From an uncultured delta proteobacterium (lineage in GTDB: Bacteria; Myxococcota_A; Polyangia; Haliangiales; Haliangiaceae): a stretch of 64,000 bases of DNA. This document shows, in pieces, positions 53,475 through 64,000 of the stretch. Below the pieces are notes generated by a model. It was given only the letters and a program-made list of their open reading frames with translations. It did no database searches and had not been told where the DNA came from. Each line of letters starts with the position of its first letter. The first letter of the stretch is position 1. Position numbers and translations under genes: made by a program. Where the stretch lies: positions 1,792,001 to 1,856,000 of the forward strand of contig CAWKDB010000010.1 in NCBI GenBank assembly GCA_963848295.1, in the 5' to 3' direction.

Positions 53475-53822
53475 ATGGAGTGGCGACGGCGTTTGGTCGA
53501 GCTGGTCAAGGCGGGCGGCGTGATTGGCGGCCTATCCGCCTGCGGTGTCGTTGGTGGCATTCCGTGCGGGAATGCCAACCCGGACCCGTGCATCTGCGGC
53601 CGCACACCGGCCGACGACCCGCAGTGCGTCGCCGAGAAAATGTGCAAGGACAGTGGCGACTACTGGGCATTCGACGACATGCCCAACGGCTCCGACGGTC
53701 TCAGGGGCCGCTGCGAAAGCTCTCTACCCGACGCTGCGATCGATGCGCGACCGGATGCGGAGGCGATCGACGCCGCCATCGATGCCACCATTCCTGACGC
53801 TGTCGGCTCGACCGCTCACTGA
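53475..53822 (+). CDS. Small Cys-rich twin-Arg-like lipoprotein (CGNANPDPCIC)
   Basis: WRRRL signal, lipobox LSAC, six further Cys, DA-rich tail. Confidence 0.7.
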   Translation: MEWRRRLVELVKAGGVIGGLSACGVVGGIPCGNANPDPCICGRTPADDPQCVAEKMCKDSGDYWAFDDMPNGSDGLRGRCESSLPDAAIDARPDAEAIDAAIDATIPDAVGSTAH

Positions 53823-53831
53823 GCTCGGCCG

Positions 53832-54575
53832 ATGCGCGTGCAGGTCGAGCTTCCCGCGGCCAAGCTCGACCGCTTCTCCAGAGCGCAGATCGAATTCGCG
53901 AGCGCGGCTTGGCCACTGCGCGCCGCCGAGGAGCTGCGGTCCGCGCTGATCTATCGTGCGCTCGCGCGATCGAGTCACGACGTGCTCCCGGCATTCGCGG
54001 ATCGATTCTTGGCTGTGGCGAGCGAGGAGGTCGGGCATGCCCGGCTGTGCGCGATCTTGGGGGCGCGATTCGGAGCACACGCACCTCACTACGACGCCGA
54101 GCCAGTCCGCGTCCGGCTCGCACGGGTTCCCGACCGGCTTGGCCGAACGATCGCGCTGGTCACCGGGGAGGTCGCGATCGGCGAGACGATCTCGATGGCG
54201 ATGTTTCGAGAGAGCCGGCGGGCCGCGACCGAGCCACTGTCGCTCGCCGCGATCGAGCTCATCCTTGCCGACGAAGCCCGCCACCATCAGCTCGGATGGG
54301 ATGCCCTCGAGGCGCTCGGCCCGAGCGAGGCGATGCAGCGCGAGGCGACGAGCGCGCTCGCGAGCTCCGAACAACAGATCGCCGTGCCCGCCATGCGCTT
54401 CCTCGAGCGCGGCGCCCATTTCGATCCGGCCTGGGCTGCGCTCGGTGTGATCGAGCCGGGGCGCCGCGTGGATGCGTTCTACGACGCGGTCGAGCAGCTC
54501 GTCTTGCCACGACTCGATCGGCTCGGACTCGACGGCGCGCGCGCGTTCACCGACCGCTATCGCTCAGGCGGCTAG
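53832..54575 (+). CDS. Ferritin-like diiron-carboxylate protein
   Basis: E(AEE)...EVGH...E(GET)...EARH ligand pattern; no signal peptide. Confidence 0.82.
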   Translation: MRVQVELPAAKLDRFSRAQIEFASAAWPLRAAEELRSALIYRALARSSHDVLPAFADRFLAVASEEVGHARLCAILGARFGAHAPHYDAEPVRVRLARVPDRLGRTIALVTGEVAIGETISMAMFRESRRAATEPLSLAAIELILADEARHHQLGWDALEALGPSEAMQREATSALASSEQQIAVPAMRFLERGAHFDPAWAALGVIEPGRRVDAFYDAVEQLVLPRLDRLGLDGARAFTDRYRSGG

Positions 54576-55634
54576 CGCGATCACGAACAGCGCACCGCCG
54601 CCCGGACCATCCTCGACGTGGATCGTGCCGCCGTGGCCTTCGACGATGCGCTGGCAGATCGCGAGGCCGAGGCCGAAGCCCTTGCCGGCCGCGCGATCGG
54701 TCGCCTTGTGCACGCCGCGCGCGAACGGTTCGAAGATCCGCTCGCGCATGTCGGCCGGCACGCCGGGCCCATGATCTTCCACGCTGAGCCTGCGCGCGCT
54801 ACCGACCTTCACGGTGACCGCGGCGTTCGCCGGCGAGTGGTTGATCGCGTTGCGCAGCAGGTTGTCGAACACGATCCCGAAGGCGCCGGGATCGACATCG
54901 GCGGTCGCAGGCGCACCCGGTGCGAGCTCGAGGATGACATCGTGCTCGGCGGCGTAAGCCGATGCACGCTCGATCGCGGCCGCAGCGAGCGTACGCAGCT
55001 CGCGCGGCTCCCGCTTGAGCGCCGCCGCGCCAGCGCGCGATAGCACGAGTAGCTTCTCGACGATGTCGCCCATCCGATGGACCTCGGCTAGTGCGTCGTC
55101 GGCGACATGCTCCCAGTGGCTCGCGGCGCGCGGCTTGCGGCGCGCGACCTCGAGGTTCGTCGAGATCACGGTCAGCGGCGTGCGCAGCTCGTGCGATGCG
55201 TTCGCGGCGAATTGCTTCTGCTCTTTGACCCCGACCTCGATCCGCTCGAGCGCGTCGTTGAGCGCGAGCGACAGCCGATCGAGCGCGTCGCCGTCGCCGC
55301 TGACCGGCAGCCGCTCCTCGAGCCGTTGCCCGCTGAGCGCGGATGCGTGCGCGATGACCTCGTCGAGTCGCTTCGTCGTGCGCTGGGTCAGCGTCCGCCC
55401 GAGCACGAGCGATAGCCCGATGCCGATCGGAGCCGCGAATGCGAGCGCGGCGCCGACCTCCTTGATGATCACGATCGGCGGATCGTCGATGTACACGCCC
55501 GGTGCACACTCCTCGTGGAGCTCGGAAATGTAAATGACGATCGCGACGACGGTTCCGAACATCGCCATGCCGAGCACCATCGCCACCGCGATCGCGCGGC
55601 CGAGGCCGCGGCCCAGCGTGGTCTGTTCGCTCAT
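54564..55634 (-). CDS. Sensor histidine kinase (OmpR-partner type)
   Basis: Two TM, HAMP, SHELRTPL, NLLRNA, DHGPG and GFGLGL. Confidence 0.92.
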   Translation of the reverse strand: MSEQTTLGRGLGRAIAVAMVLGMAMFGTVVAIVIYISELHEECAPGVYIDDPPIVIIKEVGAALAFAAPIGIGLSLVLGRTLTQRTTKRLDEVIAHASALSGQRLEERLPVSGDGDALDRLSLALNDALERIEVGVKEQKQFAANASHELRTPLTVISTNLEVARRKPRAASHWEHVADDALAEVHRMGDIVEKLLVLSRAGAAALKREPRELRTLAAAAIERASAYAAEHDVILELAPGAPATADVDPGAFGIVFDNLLRNAINHSPANAAVTVKVGSARRLSVEDHGPGVPADMRERIFEPFARGVHKATDRAAGKGFGLGLAICQRIVEGHGGTIHVEDGPGGGALFVIALAA

Positions 55635-56323
55635 CCCGCAACTACGAGTCTGATGCCGGCGCCGCGAACGGTCTCGATCGTGATCGGGAACCCGGTGAGC
55701 TTCTTGCGCAGGTGCGTGAGGTGAACGTCGATGACGTTCGTCCCCGGATCGAAGTCGTAGCCGAACGCTTCGCGCAAGATCTCCGACCGCGTCACGACCT
55801 CGCCACGACGCCGTACGAGCGTGCCGAGCAACGCGTACTCGCGCGGCGACAGCGCCGCACTCATCTCGCCCGACTCGACGACCAGATCATCGCGCATCCG
55901 CAACGGCACGTCGGACGACGGCGTCCACCGCGGGCCACCGGCGCGGCGGGTCAGCGCACCGATGCGTGCGACGAGCTCGGCGAACACGAACGGCTTGACG
56001 AGGTAGTCGTCGGCCCCGCGGTTGAGCGCTTCGACTCGCGCATCGACCGCATCGCGCGCGGTGAGCACGAAGATCGGCACGTGAACGTGGGCTTGGCGCA
56101 GCTCGCGCAACACGTCGAGGCCATCGCGATCGGGCAAGCCGAGATCGAGGATCATCAAGTCCAGGTCGCGGCGCGTGCCGCGCTCGACCGCCTTCGCGGC
56201 GGTATCGAGCACCTCGACGGTGAATCCGTCCTCGGTCAGCCCCTCGGCGATCGTCGTCGCGAGCTGGTGATTGTCCTCGACCAACACGATCCGGACCCCG
56301 GCGGGGTGTTTCGACTCGCTCAT
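55631..56323 (-). CDS. OmpR-family response regulator
   Basis: LVED, ILDLGLP, GADDYLVKP and wHTH ETVRGAG. Confidence 0.93.
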   Translation of the reverse strand: MSESKHPAGVRIVLVEDNHQLATTIAEGLTEDGFTVEVLDTAAKAVERGTRRDLDLMILDLGLPDRDGLDVLRELRQAHVHVPIFVLTARDAVDARVEALNRGADDYLVKPFVFAELVARIGALTRRAGGPRWTPSSDVPLRMRDDLVVESGEMSAALSPREYALLGTLVRRRGEVVTRSEILREAFGYDFDPGTNVIDVHLTHLRKKLTGFPITIETVRGAGIRLVVAG

Positions 56324-56385
56324 CCTCACCAGCGTCGTACGAAGCCGAGCGCCGAACCATTAAGTCTGGCCGAAATCCGCTGGCG

Positions 56386-56976
56386 TCAGTACCAGTTCAG
56401 CCCGAGACCGACCGTGAACGACGTGATGTTGTCGTCGATGCCGTTGTACGCGGCGTCGATCACGCGCGCCTGCAGATCCATCGCGAAGAACCGCGCCGAC
56501 AAGACCTCGAACCCGATCGCGCCCATCACCACTGCGCCACCGTCGATCGCAGGCACGTCGTCGAAATTGAGGTGCGCGTAACCGATGCCACCTTTGACCC
56601 ATAGCTGCGGCAGCAGCCAGTACTGGCCGGCGAGCATCAGCGCGGTCTGGTTCAGCACGTCCCCGTTGCTGCTGACGGTCTGCACGTTCTCCTGTGCTTC
56701 GAACAGCAGCGCGAAGTTGTTCGTCAGCATGCCGCCGAGGTGGCCGTCGAACTCGACCGTCCACGGGTTGTAGTCGCAGTTGGGGCAGTCGGTGATGCCG
56801 CTGCCGCCGTCGTGCATGCCGCCGATGCCGAGGCTGAAGCCCCACGCGAGCCGCCCCGCGCGCCGGTGGAACCCGCGATAGTGGCCGCCGTCCGGGCGGC
56901 CGTAGTAGCCCTGGGCAGAAGCGATCGCGGGAGCGACCAGGAGCGCGAGCACGACTAGTGACTTGATAGGCTTCAT
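56386..56976 (-). CDS. Outer-membrane beta-barrel protein
   Basis: Signal peptide, alternating beta strands, C-terminal GLNWY. Confidence 0.78.
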   Translation of the reverse strand: MKPIKSLVVLALLVAPAIASAQGYYGRPDGGHYRGFHRRAGRLAWGFSLGIGGMHDGGSGITDCPNCDYNPWTVEFDGHLGGMLTNNFALLFEAQENVQTVSSNGDVLNQTALMLAGQYWLLPQLWVKGGIGYAHLNFDDVPAIDGGAVVMGAIGFEVLSARFFAMDLQARVIDAAYNGIDDNITSFTVGLGLNWY

Positions 56977-57029
56977 AAAACAGGACCCTCGTGGCGGCAG
57001 GCATGCCGCATTTATCTACGACGAGCATC

Positions 57030-57044
57030 GCAAGAGTCTTGCCA
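57030..57044 (-). promoter_or_regulatory. Sigma54 -24/-12 promoter
   Basis: TGGCAAG-ACTC-TTGC with exact GG-N10-GC spacing, about 54 nt upstream of the OMP ATG. Confidence 0.7.
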
Positions 57045-57189
57045 GTGCGCGAGTGGCCGGCCGGACGTAGATGCGGGGGGTTACGGCGATGTGGCACACG
57101 TGCACTGTGCCCCTGGACCACGTCGTGAACGCGCAGCTACGTCAGCGCTCGGTCGGGCCAACATGCCCCAAGCTTTTCTCGCCGGTCGA

Positions 57190-58920
57190 CTAAACGTTTA
57201 CGTCGAGTAAGCGGTCGATCGTGGTTCGAGCGCGGCGCGGATCGCCGTGCATGGTCACGCACGGGACGTTGCGCGCCGAGAACAAGCTCTCGACCCACGA
57301 GGCCGATGCGCCGTTCTGCAGCCACCCCGCGTCGATCAAGACGGCATCGGCGGGACGGGTGTCCGCGCTCGCGAGCTGCACGAGCGCTCCGGGGTCGGTA
57401 CCGCCGGTAACCGCGTAGCCTGCGGCCGCGAGCGTCGATTGCAGCTCGGTGAGCCGCTCCGGCGAAGCGCCGATCAACACGCGCTTGTCGGCGCGTCGCT
57501 CGATCCGTGCGAGGAAGCCGAACCAACGCATGCGATCGGCTTCGCCCATGTCGACGATGCTCAAGCCAAAGCCCGGGACCAGCCCGCACGCGCGCGCGTC
57601 GGCATCTCCGATCTGACGAACGACCTTCGCGCGACCCGCGACCGGCGAGCCGATGTCGTCGAGCAGGATCGAGAAGTTCACGGTCTCGTCGAGCCGGAGC
57701 GAGATCGTCGGTCGCACGAACATCCCCTGCGCCGAGACGTCGAGCGCCTCGGCCTTGACCGCACCGCGCAACGTGGCGATCGAGACCGGCCAGTCCACCG
57801 GAAACCGGCGCGTCGAGCGCGGCGGCGGAGGCTTGATCGTGACGTTCGCGGCGCGCGCGGCGGTGAGCAGCCCGGTCAGCTGGCGTCGCGCCGCATCGTC
57901 GAGCTCGAACGTCGCCGAGAACGTCGCGGTGCCCGAGCTCGACTGCTCGAGCGCACCCGAGACCTTCACGACCGCGCCGCGCACCAACGCGCGATGGGCG
58001 CCAAACGCGAGCGCGATGTCGACGTGATCCTGCAGCCGTGGCAGCGCGCCGGTCATCAGCGCCGCTCCTTTGAGGCTGAGTGCGCCGATGCGCGCCGGCA
58101 CCCAGCGACCGCTGCGCAGATAGCGCGCGTAGATCATCGTCGAGGGCACAGGCCCGGTCGCGGTCGGCAGATACGGCTCGGTCACCTGCTTCGGCGGCTC
58201 TTGATCGACGTCGGCGATCGAGTTGAGCCGGATCTTGACCGGCGATGGCTCGCGACGGATCACGTTGCGCGACGACGTACGCGCTGCCGGCGGCTCCGAG
58301 CCCGCGCGTTGCGGCGGCTCCGAGCCCGCGCGTTGCGGCGGTTCCGAGCCCGCGCGATGGGGTCGCTGCAGCTGGGTCGCGTCGTCGCGCGTCGATCTCG
58401 CGACGATATTCGGCGGATCATCAATCTCGCGCGTGCCTCGCGCCGGGACCAGCAACACCGGATCGTCGGTGTCGCCGCGCGCCGCCCTCGGGATCGGCGG
58501 CGGCAGCTTCAACCCGACCTGCGGTTTCGGCTTCGCGCCGCGGATCTGCTTGACCAGCTCGGTCAGAGCGCCGACGACGTCGCGGCGATGCATGACTTGA
58601 TGCGTACAGCGCGCGAGCCGCTCGATCAGGAACCGCTTGCGCTCGTAGTCCGACAGCTCCGCGGGCTGAATCATCCCGATCTCGGCGAGCAGCGCGATCT
58701 CGACGACGTACGACAGGCGATGCGGCCCGAGCGCCATCTCGTCGTAGCGCAGGTTGATCAGCGCGTGGTCGACGACCGGATCGTAAAACGCGAGGACGGC
58801 CGCGAGCGGCGGTGCGCTCGGAGCATCGAGCGTGGCGAGGACTTGGGCCCAGTGGCCGACGCGTTGCCGAGGCTGTTCGATGACGAGAAAGGCCTCGACA
58901 AGTGGCGAAAATTGAGACAT
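57190..58920 (-). CDS. Tandem PilZ-domain protein with degenerate C-terminal receiver-like domain
   Basis: ALSLKGA; RSTRRFP + DVSAQG; VLIDAGW; Pro-rich linker. Confidence 0.75.
   Translation of the reverse strand: MSQFSPLVEAFLVIEQPRQRVGHWAQVLATLDAPSAPPLAAVLAFYDPVVDHALINLRYDEMALGPHRLSYVVEIALLAEIGMIQPAELSDYERKRFLIERLARCTHQVMHRRDVVGALTELVKQIRGAKPKPQVGLKLPPPIPRAARGDTDDPVLLVPARGTREIDDPPNIVARSTRDDATQLQRPHRAGSEPPQRAGSEPPQRAGSEPPAARTSSRNVIRREPSPVKIRLNSIADVDQEPPKQVTEPYLPTATGPVPSTMIYARYLRSGRWVPARIGALSLKGAALMTGALPRLQDHVDIALAFGAHRALVRGAVVKVSGALEQSSSGTATFSATFELDDAARRQLTGLLTAARAANVTIKPPPPRSTRRFPVDWPVSIATLRGAVKAEALDVSAQGMFVRPTISLRLDETVNFSILLDDIGSPVAGRAKVVRQIGDADARACGLVPGFGLSIVDMGEADRMRWFGFLARIERRADKRVLIGASPERLTELQSTLAAAGYAVTGGTDPGALVQLASADTRPADAVLIDAGWLQNGASASWVESLFSARNVPCVTMHGDPRRARTTIDRLLDVNV
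58289..58356. repeat. 24-bp in-frame tandem repeat, about 2.8 copies (RAGSEPPQ)
   Basis: GGCGGCTCCGAGCCCGCGCGTTGC at 58289 and 58313, near-copy at 58337. Confidence 0.9.
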
Positions 58921-58938
58921 CGCGCGTGCACACGTACA

Positions 58939-58953
58939 GCACTGGCGATGCCA
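58939..58953 (-). promoter_or_regulatory. Possible sigma54 promoter of the PilZ gene
   Basis: TGGCATC-GCCA-GTGC with correct spacing; imperfect -12 and very short leader. Confidence 0.4.
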
Positions 58954-59130
58954 CGAAGCCCGGTTGCAAGCGGGCTTACAACGCATCCCGGATCATCTTG
59001 TGATCACTTTCTACGTAGTTAAGCCACTCCCGGGCCGACTATGGCACCACAGCCATGTTTAGCATGGCATCAACACCATGATCTGCCGCGAATTCTTGCT
59101 CAAGTCCTCGTCCCCCTTAAAGTATCGGAC

Positions 59131-61557
<2,427 letters not shown>

Positions 61558-61561
61558 GCGA

Positions 61562-62401
61562 TCACGGGACGACCTCGACATCCTCGAGATGTTCACCTTC
61601 GTCGAAGAACTCGACCTCGGCGGTCGTAAACCGCCGAGCCGGAAGCTGCTCTGATTGCACGGGCAGGTGTGGCTCGGTAGGCATCTCGTCGATGATGAAC
61701 GCGGCTGGCAGCCGGTAACCCAGCGACGGCAATCCGATCACGCGAAGGTACGAGCCGAGCGCGCGCTTCGCGACGGCGAGCACGACCCCGCTGACGAGCG
61801 CGCACGCCGCGCCGAACGCCCACATCGCGCTCGCCATCGCCAACGTCGCATCGCTATCAGCCCCGGCGATCACGAGCACGGTGTCGTAGATCGCGGCCGC
61901 AACCCCTTGGGCGAGCACCAACGCGAACACCGCTCGCAACCACGTCTGCCGCCCATCGAGCGCGCGGTTCATCGCCGACATCGCAAACACCACGACGAAC
62001 AGCGCACCGCCCAGCGCCGCTGCCATCGCGAGCGGCGCGAGCCCGAAGTCGCAGATCGCGAGCACCGCAATGCTCGAAAGCGTGGCGGTGAGCACGAGCG
62101 CGAGTGCACGACGTCGAGCGTAGACCTCGCAGACGATCAGAGCCGCGGTGAGCGCGACCGGCGCGAGCAAAGCGCCCGTCGGCATCGTCGCGAGCGGAAG
62201 CTCGATGCCGAGCGTATCCGTCACATCGAGGATGGTCCCACCGACGAGCGCCGCGGCGACCGTCGTCGAGAGCACGATCGCTGCAAACACCAGGAACGTG
62301 CCTTCGCGCCGGCCGTGCAGCGTGGCCTCGGGCAAGAGAGCGAGACCAGGGCGCTCGCACTGACACGTAGGGAGCAACCAACGATCTTGTTGCGTCTTCA
62401 T
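61562..62401 (-). CDS. Polytopic membrane protein, divergent VUT/YhhQ-like
   Basis: About 6 TM; PTGALLAP...IVCEVYARRRA resembles the VUT signature. Confidence 0.5.
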   Translation of the reverse strand: MKTQQDRWLLPTCQCERPGLALLPEATLHGRREGTFLVFAAIVLSTTVAAALVGGTILDVTDTLGIELPLATMPTGALLAPVALTAALIVCEVYARRRALALVLTATLSSIAVLAICDFGLAPLAMAAALGGALFVVVFAMSAMNRALDGRQTWLRAVFALVLAQGVAAAIYDTVLVIAGADSDATLAMASAMWAFGAACALVSGVVLAVAKRALGSYLRVIGLPSLGYRLPAAFIIDEMPTEPHLPVQSEQLPARRFTTAEVEFFDEGEHLEDVEVVP

Positions 62402-62464
62402 GCCCCGAGGCGGAGCAAGACCGCTGCCAGTTCTTCCCCGGGCGCTCGCGCGCGCCGTGCGAAT

Positions 62465-62650
62465 CTACCCGAGCTGTTGCGAAGCGCGCGGAACCGCGAG
62501 ATTCGTATCGACGCGGGGCGCGTGATCAGCGGGCGCGGCGATCGAGCGGAACCACATATCGCTCTGCGTCGGCATCTGCATCGACGCACGCGACGGCGCA
62601 TGCGCACAGCCCCCGAGGGCGCACGCGAGGACGATGGTTCGCACGAACAT
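62465..62650 (-). CDS. Small putative lipoprotein
   Basis: MFVRTIVLACALGGC lipobox. Confidence 0.45.
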   Translation of the reverse strand: MFVRTIVLACALGGCAHAPSRASMQMPTQSDMWFRSIAAPADHAPRVDTNLAVPRASQQLG

Positions 62651-62758
62651 GCGGCCCGTATTGCACGTCGTTGGGACCGAGCGCAAGTCTGCAGCTCACG
62701 GCGTCGAGCAAGCGCCAGAAATAACGAGCAAAAGGCCGGCTCGGCGCGTGGACCTCTC

Positions 62759-62787
62759 TTGACACCGACCGGCTATCCGATTAAGAA
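62759..62787 (+). promoter_or_regulatory. Sigma70-type promoter of the tRNA operon
   Basis: TTGACA-N17-TAAGAA, 17 nt upstream of tRNA-Val. Confidence 0.6.
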
Positions 62788-62804
62788 CCTGTTCCTCGGA
62801 AGTC

Positions 62805-62876
62805 GGGCGAATAGCTCAGCGGAAGAGCGTCGCCTTTACACGGCGATGGTCGCAGGTTCGAACCCTGCTTCGCCTA
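62805..62876 (+). tRNA. tRNA-Val(TAC)
   Basis: Acceptor GGGCGAA/TTCGCCT, anticodon arm TCGCC-TTTACAC-GGCGA, T-loop TTCGAAC; CCA not encoded. Confidence 0.95.
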
Positions 62877-62885
62877 CTGAAATCT

Positions 62886-63252
<367 letters not shown>

Positions 63253-63262
<10 letters not shown>

Positions 63263-64000
63263 ACCAGACGTTTGCGTCTCAAACAGCGACAGCGCCATCA
63301 AAGCAGTTCCTAAGAACGGTCTTCGAGTTACGCGCAAGACGCGTGTTCGCGGTTCGCGCTGCGGGACGAATCGGATGGATTCGAGAGACCGGAGCGCGTC
63401 TTCGGATGATCGACGTCGTTGAAACGCAGCTCTTGGTCCAGCGCGCGCGTTGGGACGACATAGCAGAGCCCCTGGACGCCAACGTGGTTGCTATCTTCCT
63501 TGAATGGACGTGGACCCAGCCCGAGGTTCAGTCGGCGATCCAAGAATCGTATCGCCTCGACGAAGATGTGGGGACAGACACGGTGAAGACCGCTTTCTTC
63601 GCCACAGTCAACGCTTGGTTGCGAGGGAGCCGCTTTCGCGAGGTGGCTACGCTCTCGCAGCAGGACATCGACGACGTTCTTGGCATCCACGGAAGAGTGG
63701 TGTCCTATTTGCTTCAGACCCTCGTTGAACAGGCCGTTGCATTGCTGGCGAGGTTGCTCGAAGCACGCGGCGAGATCCTATCGCCTGCAGTCCAAGCCTT
63801 CCCGGACTATCTGCGCTTCGGCGTACCGAATGCGGTTGCGCGACTTCTTGCGCCCATTGACGCCCTGGCGGCCAAGACGTTGCCGGGTCTGCAGCGTGCG
63901 GTGAAGTGGGGCATGGCGTACTACGGCGCGGATGGCGGCTGGTGCTTCACGTCCGGAGGCTTTGTCGGCCATGTGAAACTGATGTTCATACGCGGCACGG
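63253..64000 (+). pseudogene. Open frame (not in the ORF track): Ski2-like helicase C-terminal fragment joined in frame to a DUF1801-like fragment
   Basis: Manual translation gives FADQTFA...NAWLRGSRFREVA...YLRFGVPN, then from about 63856 IDALAAKTLPGLQRAVKWGMAYYG...GHVKLMFIRGT. No stop before the window end. Confidence 0.6.

Noticed and set aside
58289..58356. CRISPR array
   Set aside because: The repeats are contiguous without spacers, lie in frame within a CDS, and no cas genes are present. No CRISPR array was seen in the window.
59095..59120. Sigma32-like promoter (CTTGCT...CCCCTTAA) before lon
   Set aside because: Both boxes are imperfect and the spacer is short; not supportable without TSS data.
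63263..63337. N-terminal 25 codons of the track ORF 62921-63337 as a real integrase start
   Set aside because: They are the antisense of the helicase-like fragment; integrase similarity begins only at RRTF.

Overview
High-GC (roughly 68% by eye) bacterial chromosome segment. The gene content points to Myxococcota (Haliangium/Kofleria-like): many lipoproteins, PEGA/PilZ/MshEN proteins, an FHA-sigma54 activator and an extra Hsp70. Most of it is core or signalling content: acyl-CoA dehydrogenase, FabH-like KAS III, RecQ, FdhF/YdeP oxidoreductase, tolQ-tolR-tolA-like-tolB without pal, benzoate-CoA ligase, ECF sigma/anti-sigma, prs, MocR regulator, clpP-clpX and lon. It ends at tRNA-Val(TAC)/tRNA-Asp(GTC), followed by a decayed integrative element. 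The best leads are: (1) a two-gene unit of a Cys-rich twin-Arg-like lipoprotein (CGNANPDPCIC) plus a cytoplasmic ferritin-like diiron enzyme, a candidate RiPP-like or lipoprotein-modifying system; (2) two small-gene + nucleotidyltransferase cassettes whose small partners share an RARHP motif, one of them bracketed by a perfect 12-bp inverted repeat; (3) an Mx8-like integrase remnant reading into tRNA-Asp, with TGTAACG arm-like repeats and an un-annotated helicase/DUF1801 chimeric fragment; (4) a recurring TAnnnT hexamer 5-7 nt before start codons, suggesting widespread leaderless mRNAs; (5) an in-frame TAG in a GH71 glucanase and two single-base frameshifts. All family assignments come from motif recognition, not database searches.
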